Source of the DNA: Hyphomicrobiales bacterium
GTDB taxonomy: Bacteria > Pseudomonadota > Alphaproteobacteria > Rhizobiales > Rhizobiaceae
Length of the DNA: 64,000 nucleotides
Assembly: GCA_002400845.2 (NCBI GenBank)
Contig: NVRK02000108.1
Span: 33 to 64,032, forward strand
Reading direction: 5' to 3'
Below the pieces are notes generated by a model, which was not told where the DNA came from, did no database searches, and worked only from the letters and a program-made list of their open reading frames with translations. The translations under genes and the position numbers were made by a program. Below, piece by piece: positions 1 through 8,100 of this stretch. Within the stretch, counting starts at the first letter, position 1; each line of letters starts with the position of its first letter.

Positions 1-1062
1 TGGGCCATTTCCATTTTGCTCCAAAATAATCTTGTTAGAGTTACCCAAAACCTGTTCCATAGTTTCTAAGAACAAACGTTTACGCGTAACCTGCGGTGCT
101 TTTTTGTATTCGTTATAAACCGAGATGAAACGAGCCGCCTCACCTTTTGCTTCTTCAACAATACGGTTTTTATAACCAGCAGCATCCTCAGAAATTTGCG
201 CAGCTTCACCACGCGCTTCACCAAGAATTTTATTGGCATAACGGTTAGCAACTTCAACAAAACGATCTTCATCTTGCTCAGCACGCTGCACTTCGTCAAA
301 CGCATCTGCAACAGGTCCTGGAGGCGCAACGTCCTCTATACTGATCGCATTAACTTGAAGTCCCGTTTTATAATCATTCAAGGTTGCTTGAACAATTTTA
401 CGAACCTCATCGGCTACACCAGCTTTATCATCGCGAAACACGTCTTGTGCAGGACGACGTCCAACAACTTCACGCATCGCACTTTCAGCAATTTGGCGAA
501 CCATACCTTCAGGTTCTTTCACATTAAACAGATACGCATTTGGATCCGTTACTTGATACAAAACTGTAAATGCCAAATCTACGATATTTTGATCGCCTGA
601 AAGCATCAAACCACTAGAGCCTGATGTTCTACCAACATTACCAATGTTAATTTGATGCTCACTGATATTTGCAATTTCATAAGTTTCAATTGGCCAAAAG
701 TGGAAATGAAGTCCATTTTCAGACACTTCTGCTTTTGGTTGTCCAAAACGAAGTTCAACACCCAACTCATCTGGCTGAATAGTATAAAAAGCTTTAAACA
801 AATAAAGGCCAGCTAAAACCAACATCACCAGTCCGAACATAAATGGGCTAAAGCCACCGCCGCCGCCAGGGATTGCTTTTCTCAGTTGGTCTTGACCTTT
901 GCGAATAATATCTTCTAGGTCAGGTGGCTGGTTGCCACCACTTGGTTTTCTTGGTCCATTGCCCCAAGGGCCATCACCATTACCACCATTATTACCGCCG
1001 TTGCCGCCGCTGCCCCAAGGGCCTTTGCCGCCGCCTCCACCAGATTGATTGCTCCAGGGCAT
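1..1062 (-). CDS. hflK: HflK (FtsH modulator, SPFH/band-7 family); N-terminal 354 codons, C-terminus lies beyond window start
   Basis: Absent from ORF track because it runs off the edge. Hand translation from ATG at 1062-1060: MPWSNQSGGGGGKGPWGSGGNGGNNGGNGDGPWGNGPRKPSGGNQPPDLEDIIRKGQDQL, then a TM helix (FMFGLVMLVLAGLYLF) and SPFH core (YTIQPDELGVELRFGQP...). Frame stays open to base 1. thyA-folA-hflK order is typical of Rhizobiales. Confidence 0.85.
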   Translation of the reverse strand, partial: MPWSNQSGGGGGKGPWGSGGNGGNNGGNGDGPWGNGPRKPSGGNQPPDLEDIIRKGQDQLRKAIPGGGGGFSPFMFGLVMLVLAGLYLFKAFYTIQPDELGVELRFGQPKAEVSENGLHFHFWPIETYEIANISEHQINIGNVGRTSGSSGLMLSGDQNIVDLAFTVLYQVTDPNAYLFNVKEPEGMVRQIAESAMREVVGRRPAQDVFRDDKAGVADEVRKIVQATLNDYKTGLQVNAISIEDVAPPGPVADAFDEVQRAEQDEDRFVEVANRYANKILGEARGEAAQISEDAAGYKNRIVEEAKGEAARFISVYNEYKKAPQVTRKRLFLETMEQVLGNSNKIILEQNGNGP

Positions 1063-1254
1063 CCAATATCCTTCGTGTTGTGCCATAGTTCATTCGCCAA
1101 AACAGCAATTACCTATGTGCTTCCTCTAATAATTCTTGTGCTTGTTATAGGTATCAAAGCCCAAGCTTTCAACGCCCAACACAACTAAACTTGCCAAATA
1201 AGTTAATTTTTCCCGTAATTTTTTAGTATTCTTCTAGCAAAGTTCACATCAGTT

Positions 1255-1800
1255 TTATTTTATGCGATCATAAACTGTATATCGCGTATCTGCACTGTCT
1301 TTATCATCCGCTTCAAACGCTTCATCAATCACAGTTTTCCACTGCTCAGAATTTATTTCTGGAAACCATGTGTCCCCATCTGGTTCAGCCATTACATGCG
1401 TTACATAAAGTCGATTAGCCTTATCAATGGCTTCTTTATACAACTGCCCACCGCCGATAAGACATATCTCATTTACTTTTAGAGTTTCACATTGCTGGGC
1501 GGCGTATTGAAGAGCTGCATCAAGCGATGTAAAAACGCTTGCGCCTTCTGCCACATATTTTGAATTTCTAGTAACAACAATATTAGGCCTGCCCGGCAAA
1601 GGACGACCAATTGATTCCCACGTTTTACGACCCATAATAATTGGCTTACCCATCGTGTCTCGTTTGAAACGCTTGAGGTCAGAAGACAATTTCCAAGGCA
1701 TACCACCTTTAGCACCGATGACGTTATTCTTTGCCATAGCAACGACAATTGAAATTGTTGGAGAAATCACTGCTGTAACTGAATTATTTTTGCTTGTCAT
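1255..1800 (-). CDS. folA: Dihydrofolate reductase
   Basis: ORF 1255-1821. Start moved to ATG 1800 (MTSKNNSVTAV...), 10 nt after the thyA stop. DHFR motifs IVVAMAKNNVIGAKGGMPW, GRKTWESIG, LPGRPNIVVTR, IGGGQLY. Confidence 0.93.
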   Translation of the reverse strand: MTSKNNSVTAVISPTISIVVAMAKNNVIGAKGGMPWKLSSDLKRFKRDTMGKPIIMGRKTWESIGRPLPGRPNIVVTRNSKYVAEGASVFTSLDAALQYAAQQCETLKVNEICLIGGGQLYKEAIDKANRLYVTHVMAEPDGDTWFPEINSEQWKTVIDEAFEADDKDSADTRYTVYDRIK

Positions 1801-1810
1801 AACCAAACAC

Positions 1811-2629
1811 CTATACCGCAACAGGGGCTTTTATATGTGAATCAGGTTCATAGCCTTCCAGTGTAAAGTCCTCATATTTAAAAGAAAATAAGTCTTTAAC
1901 TTCTGGATTTATAATCATAGTGGGTAATTTTTTCGGAGTGCGCTCAAGCTGCAATTTAGCTTGCTCAAAATGGTTGTTATAAATATGCGCATCGCCAAAT
2001 GTATGCACAAAATCACCAGGTTCTAATCCAACGACTTGCGCAAGCATCATGGTGAACACAGCATATGAAGCAATGTTAAACGGCACGCCTAAAAAAATAT
2101 CTGCCGAACGCTGATACAACTGACAAGATAATTTGCCATCCGATACATAAAACTGAAACAGGCAATGACATGGCGGCAAAGCCATATCGTCAACCAATGC
2201 AGGGTTCCAAGCAGACACAATATGACGGCGAGAATTGGGATTGTTTTTCAACTGATTGACCAAATTAGCTATTTGATCGGTACTCTCACCTTTTCCAGCA
2301 CCTTTTCCGATATTGGGAGGGTTTGGCCAAGAGCGCCATTGATAACCATAAACAGGACCAAGATCGCCATTATCATCAGCCCATGCGTCCCAAATTTTAA
2401 CGCCGTTCTCTTGAAGCCACTTAACATTGGTGTCGCCACGTAAAAACCAAAGTAATTCTATGATAATTGACCGCAAATGAAGCTTTTTGGTCGTGAGTAC
2501 AGGAAAGCCCTTTGATAAATCAAATCGCATTTGATGCCCAAAGATAGACCGCGTACCCGTACCAGTACGATCTCCTCTATCTGAACCCTCATCCATTACT
2601 TTTTGAAGTAAATCTAAATATTGCTGCAT
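1811..2629 (-). CDS. thyA: Thymidylate synthase (ThyA type)
   Basis: 272 aa. [32 protein letters not shown] (catalytic Cys), [17 protein letters not shown]-terminal APVAV. Confidence 0.97.
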   Translation of the reverse strand: MQQYLDLLQKVMDEGSDRGDRTGTGTRSIFGHQMRFDLSKGFPVLTTKKLHLRSIIIELLWFLRGDTNVKWLQENGVKIWDAWADDNGDLGPVYGYQWRSWPNPPNIGKGAGKGESTDQIANLVNQLKNNPNSRRHIVSAWNPALVDDMALPPCHCLFQFYVSDGKLSCQLYQRSADIFLGVPFNIASYAVFTMMLAQVVGLEPGDFVHTFGDAHIYNNHFEQAKLQLERTPKKLPTMIINPEVKDLFSFKYEDFTLEGYEPDSHIKAPVAV

Positions 2630-2661
2630 AGCGCGACTCGTGTAACCAAAATTAATATCAT

Positions 2662-2706
2662 TATATAAGCATGGGACAGTTGTCAGTATATAGGCATGGT
2701 ACAGTT
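2662..2706. repeat. Imperfect 20-nt direct repeat, 25-nt period, upstream of thyA
   Basis: tatataagcatgggacagtt (2662-2681) versus tatataggcatggtacagtt (2687-2706), 18/20 identical. Confidence 0.8.
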
Positions 2707-2827
2707 AATTGTTACTTGCCTTCAAAATAATATGAACCCAGCAAATAGTTTTTGCACAATCTATATCTAAGCGAATATCTACGTGAGTTTGCACGATACA
2801 CGACACGGCGGACTTAGTGTGTTTTAC

Positions 2828-2873
2828 AAAAAAAGCCCTCATCAAAATTTGTCATCCAAATTCGAATAAGGGC
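2828..2873 (-). terminator. Rho-independent terminator after the DUF2853 gene
   Basis: Minus strand reads GCCCTTATTCGAATTTG-GATGA-CAAATTTTGATGAGGGC (long imperfect hairpin) followed by TTTTTTT, about 36 nt past the stop at 2910. Confidence 0.65.
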
Positions 2874-2909
2874 TAAATCAATTTAAACTAAATCGATAAA
2901 AACTAGGGC

Positions 2910-3221
2910 TTATAAATCGCCTAATTTACCAAAATGTTTTGCAACTAGGTAGTAGAAAGTGACGCGATCTTTATTACGGTCGCCTTTCATAGTCTCACAA
3001 ACAGAACCAATTGCATCGTTACAAGCGCTTTCGTCTGTAAGTCCTAGTTTTTTCATGCACCAGCTTTCACGAACACGGTCAAGCTCAGCTTGATCTGAAC
3101 ATGCTACCAATGAAGCATCTTTTGAACGTAGAGCAATGCCCAAATGCTTAACAATTTTATCAACAATGCCTGCATCCGCGCCAGCATCATAACGTTGTAC
3201 GCCTTCTAAATATTCACTCAT
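2910..3221 (-). CDS. DUF2853 family protein
   Basis: ORF 2910-3308. Start moved to ATG 3221, with GGGAG 8 nt upstream. MSEYLEGVQRYDAGADAGIVDKIVKHLGIALRSKDASLVACSD...DRVTFYYLVAKHFGKL matches my memory of the ~100-aa alphaproteobacterial DUF2853 family. Confidence 0.75.
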   Translation of the reverse strand: MSEYLEGVQRYDAGADAGIVDKIVKHLGIALRSKDASLVACSDQAELDRVRESWCMKKLGLTDESACNDAIGSVCETMKGDRNKDRVTFYYLVAKHFGKLGDL

Positions 3222-3416
3222 ATTAAAAACTCCCATTATGGGTATAATAACCCCGTCATTTAAAAAATACACCAAGGGACGTGCCCCCAACGCACTTAAA
3301 AGTAGCATAGCAATCGCACTACGTCACCTGTATTTTATCCACAGTTTGATGCGTTTCAGATAAGTCACTTTTCCAAGCGACATCAGCTATTTACAGCTCA
3401 AAATAAAATATTTCGC

Positions 3417-3445
3417 TTGGATTTTAACAAAAACAAACCTATATA
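3417..3445 (+). promoter_or_regulatory. Candidate sigma-70-type promoter of ssrA
   Basis: TTGGAT (3417-3422), 17-nt spacer, TATATA (3440-3445), a few nt before the predicted 5' end of the tmRNA precursor. By-eye match only. Confidence 0.35.
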
Positions 3446-3447
3446 GA

Positions 3448-3797
3448 GTGTGTCGGCTTGCCGACTATGACGATAAATTGCCTGTGCAATAAACCATTCG
3501 GACCCGGGGGCGGTACCCGGCGCCTCCACCAAAAACAATTGGCTCATATAGGCTTAAACCTTTTATGTAGTTTCACAATTGCTTTTGATGGGGGCGAAAT
3601 AGGATCGACGAGGGTGTAAAGACAGAGTTTTCGTTCGGCATGGTACCCACCGATATCGGGCCATATTTTAGTTGCAAATGACAACTATGCGGAGGCACGT
3701 CTAGCTGCTTAATTGCGGTTCGACAGCTTCACAGAACTCCTAACGGTTCGCACTGTTAGGCGGGGTTCGAAGGCACCTGGCAACAGAAGCCTTCACT
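3448..3797 (+). ncRNA. ssrA: tmRNA, circularly permuted two-piece alphaproteobacterial type (acceptor piece, intervening segment, coding piece)
   Basis: The acceptor piece ends CGCCTCCACCA at 3521-3531 and has a T-arm CCGGG-GGCGGTA-CCCGG (3504-3520). The coding piece starts GGGGGCG at 3590-3596, which pairs with CGCCTCC including a G3:U pair. Tag ORF 3674-3712 is gca aat gac aac tat gcg gag gca cgt cta gct gct taa = ANDNYAEARLAA*. The 3' GCACCTGGCAA (3772-3782) can pair with TTGCCTGTGC (3478-3487). Outer ends are approximate. Confidence 0.9.
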
Positions 3798-3823
3798 TTT
3801 CCCAAAAAGTTACGTATTTATGT

Positions 3824-3860
3824 GATTTTGAAGACAAAATAACTTCAAATCATAGTTTTC
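3824..3860 (+). terminator. Candidate terminator hairpin downstream of ssrA
   Basis: GATTTTGAAG-acaaaataa-CTTCAAATC (9 of 10 bp) followed by atagttttc. The U-tract is weak. Confidence 0.35.
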
Positions 3861-3904
3861 TAACTATTTTTCAAAAGTCACCGTAACTTTACATCAATTC
3901 TTTT

Positions 3905-3922
3905 GCGAATCTGCGAATCTGC
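3905..3922. repeat. Tandem 8-mer gcgaatct x2.25, carrying two GAATC (GANTC) sites
   Basis: gcgaatct gcgaatct gc, 46 nt upstream of the sspB ATG. Confidence 0.8.
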
Positions 3923-3967
3923 TCTATACCAGTGGTAGAAACATTTTAATTTAAGCTGGACAGCCAA

Positions 3968-4693
3968 ATGACCGAAGACCTTATGCGCTATGATGTATTA
4001 ACACAGGACGCGCTACGAAATGTAATTCGTAAAGTTTTAGATGAGGTTGCAACAGCCGGACTGCCCGGTGAGCATCACTTCTTTATATCTTTTGAAACGA
4101 CATTCCCCGGTGTTCGACTTTCCAATCGCATGCGCGAACGTTATCCTGAAACGATGACCATTGTTATTCAACATTCTTTTTGGGACTTAAAGACAACGGA
4201 TACCTATTTTGAAATTGATTTATCATTTGATGAAATCCGAGAACGCTTAAAAATACCATTTGCTGCTGTGCAGTCATTCTTTGATCCAGCAGTTAAATTT
4301 GGTCTTCAATTTGAAGTGCCTCATGATGAAGATGACATTGAAGAAGATGAGAATGCGCGAATAATTGAAAACAGCGAAAACATTGCCAAACTGCCGACAG
4401 CTTCGACTGTATCAACAGGCAAACGAAAACCACAAAAAACAGATGAAAATTCAGACGATGTGCCTGCAAAAAAAGCTAAATTAAGCGACATAGAAGAAGA
4501 TTTCTCAAAAGAAAAACTTTCAAAAACAAGTAATTCAAAAAAGAAGAAAAAAGCCAGCACAAAAGCTGCAATCAAAAAAGAAGATCTGTCAGACAATAAG
4601 TCTTCTGATGATATGAATAGCGACGACACAACAAATGAAGAGAGTCAATCTTCTGCTGAAGTTGTTTCACTGGATGCATTTAGAAAGAAATAA
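3968..4693 (+). CDS. sspB: SspB-like ClpXP adaptor (alphaproteobacterial type) with a long low-complexity linker
   Basis: The N-terminal ~115 aa (RYDVLTQDALRNVIRKVLDEV, GEHHFFISFETTFPGVRLS, TIVIQHSFWDLK) resemble SspB-alpha. The gene lies directly downstream of ssrA, as described for Caulobacter. An acidic/Lys/Ser-rich tail ends in VVSLDAFRKK, a plausible ClpX-binding motif. Confidence 0.8.
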   Translation: MTEDLMRYDVLTQDALRNVIRKVLDEVATAGLPGEHHFFISFETTFPGVRLSNRMRERYPETMTIVIQHSFWDLKTTDTYFEIDLSFDEIRERLKIPFAAVQSFFDPAVKFGLQFEVPHDEDDIEEDENARIIENSENIAKLPTASTVSTGKRKPQKTDENSDDVPAKKAKLSDIEEDFSKEKLSKTSNSKKKKKASTKAAIKKEDLSDNKSSDDMNSDDTTNEESQSSAEVVSLDAFRKK

Positions 4694-4702
4694 GGGCTTA
4701 GC

Positions 4703-4897
4703 ATGGCAGAAATTATAAATCTTCGCCTTGCCAGAAAACGTAAAGCACGCTCAGATAAAAAAGTAACTGCAGAAAACAACCGGAAAAAACACGGAATAGC
4801 CTCTCATATTCGCAATTCTATCAAAGCCCAAAAAATAAAAAACGACCAAATAATTGATGGGCATTTTTTAGATAAAAACGATGCGGATAAAGAATAG
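4703..4897 (+). CDS. DUF4169 family small basic protein
   Basis: 64 aa. MAEIINLRLARKRKARSDKKVTAENNRKKHG matches the remembered DUF4169 N-terminal pattern (IxNLRxARKxxxR). 9-nt gap after sspB. Confidence 0.7.
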   Translation: MAEIINLRLARKRKARSDKKVTAENNRKKHGIASHIRNSIKAQKIKNDQIIDGHFLDKNDADKE

Positions 4898-4906
4898 TTT
4901 TAGTCG

Positions 4907-5116
4907 ATGAAAAAACATTCCATCACCATTAAAGGTCATCGCACCAGTTACTCATTAGAAGAAGCTTTTCATAGTGAATTGGAAGTCATTGCGAAAAGAG
5001 AAAATATCTCTATGGCGCGCTTAATCACACGCATTGATAAAAATAGAATTGAAGGTGAAAACCTATCTTCAGCCCTTAGGATATTTATCCTCTTCGATTT
5101 TAAAAATAGATTTTAA
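4907..5116 (+). CDS. Ribbon-helix-helix domain protein (RHH_4-like)
   Basis: 69 aa. SITIKGHRTSYSLEEAFHSELEVIAKRENISMARLITRID...NLSSALRIFIL matches the RHH_4 pattern (GHxTSxSLE...NLSSAlR). 9-nt gap after DUF4169. Confidence 0.7.
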   Translation: MKKHSITIKGHRTSYSLEEAFHSELEVIAKRENISMARLITRIDKNRIEGENLSSALRIFILFDFKNRF

Positions 5117-5127
5117 AAATAGACTTT

Positions 5128-8100
5128 CTAATTAGCCAACTTTTGCAATTTAGAAGCATCAGAGGCTCTTTTATTAAATGCATCTAAATCCAATTCACGA
5201 GGTACTGTTAATTGGGGGAGAACAAGAATTTTCTCTTCTGCCGCTTTACGCGCATTTTCTTCAGCAGCGGCTTTCTTCAACCTCACTTTTTCAAGCTTTA
5301 GTTTTTCTAATCTTACAGCTTCAAGCTTGTTCTCTTTAGCTGCTTTTTCAAGGCGCTCAGCTTCAATACGTAGCTTTTCAAGACGTTCAGATTCCAATCG
5401 TTCTTTTTCAATACGCTCTTTTTCGATACGTTTCACCTCTTTGCGCTCAGTTTCAAGGCGTTCAACATCAAGGCGCTCAGCTTCAATACGTAGCTTTTCA
5501 AGGCGTTCGGCTTCAAGCCTCATTTTTTCTATTCGTTGTCGTTCTAATTCTTCTGCCCGTTCACGAGCGCGCTCAATATAATTAAAGCGAGTATTGGTTT
5601 TTAAAATCTCAAAACGCAGTCGATTTTTTTCTAATATTGCAGCTTGCAACAATTCCACACGTCTCTCTTCTGCTTCTAACGCCCTAACGGATAAAAATCC
5701 CTGCAATGCCTGACTATCTACTCTGCGCTCTAATTTATCTAATGGGCCACTCCAAGCAATCATAACTTCTGGTGAAGCACCACTTACTCGATCTTTTCCA
5801 GCATCTATAGAAAGTTTAACATTCGCCGACACTTCTGCATCTAACAATGAGATTTTACCAGATAAGGCAGTCTCCCACCCCTTCCCCTCTCGCAATAAGT
5901 TTCTAATTTGTATCATACCACGAGAAACAGAATAAGCCGCAGTTTCTTGTTCTACAAGTTGTTCGCCGTTCAAAAATGCAGTCACCGCAATTGGGTCTAC
6001 ATGCGCGGCATCAATTTCAAAATCTTTTATAGCGCTAGCTTCAAGAACCATAGATAATCCCTCAACATTGATCCCATTCAGTTTGCCACTTTCAAGTGTG
6101 GCAATCCCCCCTCCAGTCATTGCTGAGATTAACGCCTTGGGAGATTTACCATTGGATTCTATAGTTCCATTAATTCGCAATTTTCCATTTAAGAAATTAG
6201 GCGCTGAAAAATTGCTCAACAAAATTGCAGAATCTATGCCATCCGCTAAAAACTGAGCTTTAATTACACCAGTACCATCTGAATTTTGGAGGGATAGATT
6301 TCCACTAATAGTGCCCCCCATAGATTCGGTAATTATATTTTGTAGTTCGATATCGCCATCGCGAACAACCAATAAAACGCGACCATTTTTCGCAGAAAGC
6401 CTTGTGCCTGTTGTAATTTTAGCGGCCTCAATTGTTAATTTTGCATCTTTCCCCTCAAATAAGGGCGTTCCAAAACCAGCCTGAGACCAGCCTTTTTTAG
6501 ACACTTCATTTAAGTCTAAATCACCAATTACCCCATTATTGCCAAATGCAAAACTTGCGACCTTAGGAATTGATAAAACATCAAGAACCAACGCTCCCTC
6601 AACCATCGGCCGACCACTAACACCAGTAGAAATATCTAATGCACCCGCAATTGAGTTACCCGCAATGCTGCCTGCAATTTTAGAGAGTTTAATGCGCTCT
6701 TTGCCTTCGTCATTTTTGCCATGCTCAAAATGTACGCTAGCGGAGAATGGAACTTTTTCAGATTCTTCTAAGATTGAATTATAGATATCATACCCATATA
6801 CCAGCAAATATGGAGTGACATCTTCAAATCCAAATGTGACATCAAGCTCTTTAAAAACAGCCAATTTATCATTTGTTTTTTTAGTTTCGCCAGCAAGACC
6901 AATGACCGAAAACAAACCATTTGCCGTTACACTTGCATCAGGTGTTGAAGCAGAAAAGAGCGTGGAAAGTCCAGCGTCAAAACTACCCACGCTTTCTACG
7001 GTCAATTTTAAGGGACCAGTTATACCTTCTCGCAATTGAGCCGCAATCAAATCATACTTCGGCTCTAACAGCGAAGTTTGCGCCAGTAATATTTTTGGGT
7101 CATCATTTGCAAGATTAACAGTCAGGTCAAATTTCGCATTATTAATTTCATTTATTTTAGCGTCAAATCCCAGTTGAATGTCAACGCTAGAACCACCAAT
7201 TTCACCATTAACAAGCACCCTACCGCGCGAACCATCTTTTGATGGGCTTGCATCAATCTCAATATCTAACTTGGTATTTTTTGTATAGTTTGGATTTTTA
7301 ATAAGTGCGCTCAACACTGCATTTGCTCCAAGCTTTCGCTCTAAGAACGAAATCAAAGGCACCGCATTATCAGTTATCAAACCAAACTTGATGTTTCCTT
7401 TTGGCCTACTTAATATATTTGTAATTTGACCAAGGCTGGTAATTTTAGCACCAAAAAAAGATTCCACATTTAACTTTCCAATCGACAACTCGCCCGAAGT
7501 TAATTGAAATTGAACATCAACGCCTTTGGCTTTGATATCATACGCATCAAGCTGGTCTGCCTTTAGCGAAATATCCAAATCATGCTCACTAAAATTGGTT
7601 GAAGCATCATTTCCTGTTAAAGCTAAAATTGCCTTTAAATCGTCCAGTCTTATTTTTTGGCCCGTCAAAGTAGCAATAATCGCAGCGCGTTTTTTATCGC
7701 CAGTTTCAACATTAGAACCCGAAACTCCAATACGTTGCATTTTTCCTGTAAGCTTATTATCGCCCAGCAACAAAGTCATATTTTCAAAGGATGTTTGCCC
7801 CTGAGAAATAGACACATCAGCCTCAAGTCCGCCAGATGTTAACCGCCTTATTGCGGGATCAACTTTACCAACTACCCATGAGGCAAAACCAGATGGCTGT
7901 TTTGAAGCAAGTACCAAGTGCCCACTAAATCCAAAATCTTCTCCTAGCCCCAAACGCCCTTCTGCTTCTAGCGTACTAGAGCCAGGTAATTTTGCCCGTA
8001 GTTTTTTAATTTCCCAGCCATTTCCTTTGGGACTAATAATTGCGCTCACTTCGCGAACAATTGAATCTCCAGCAACGATTGCAGGCACTTCAAAATCTAT

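Noticed and set aside
915-1100. 61-aa minus-strand ORF in the track
   Set aside because: It is an alternative frame across the Gly-rich 5' end of hflK. The true frame starts at ATG 1062 and gives a canonical HflK.
2281-2330. ~9-residue insertion ([15 protein letters not shown]) in ThyA relative to the E. coli-type sequence
   Set aside because: It is a small surface-loop insertion in an otherwise canonical enzyme. Lineage-specific loops of this size are common and not informative by themselves.
3335-3343. Perfect E. coli-consensus DnaA box TTATCCACA between the DUF2853 gene and ssrA
   Set aside because: It is a single 9-mer, with about 0.5 expected by chance in 64 kb on both strands. There is no cluster of boxes, no AT-rich unwinding element and no ori-type neighbours (hemE, dnaA, parAB).
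4321-4629. 102-aa minus-strand ORF rich in Ser/Phe
   Set aside because: It is antisense to the low-complexity acidic/Lys tail of sspB, an artefact of the biased composition.
5327-5581. 84-aa plus-strand ORF (MFSLAAFSRRSASIRSFSRRS...) with a striking Ser/Arg repeat
   Set aside because: It is the antisense reading of the Glu/Arg/Leu/Lys coiled-coil repeat of the AsmA-like gene. The low complexity mirrors the sense strand, there is no RBS, and it lies fully inside a well-supported CDS.
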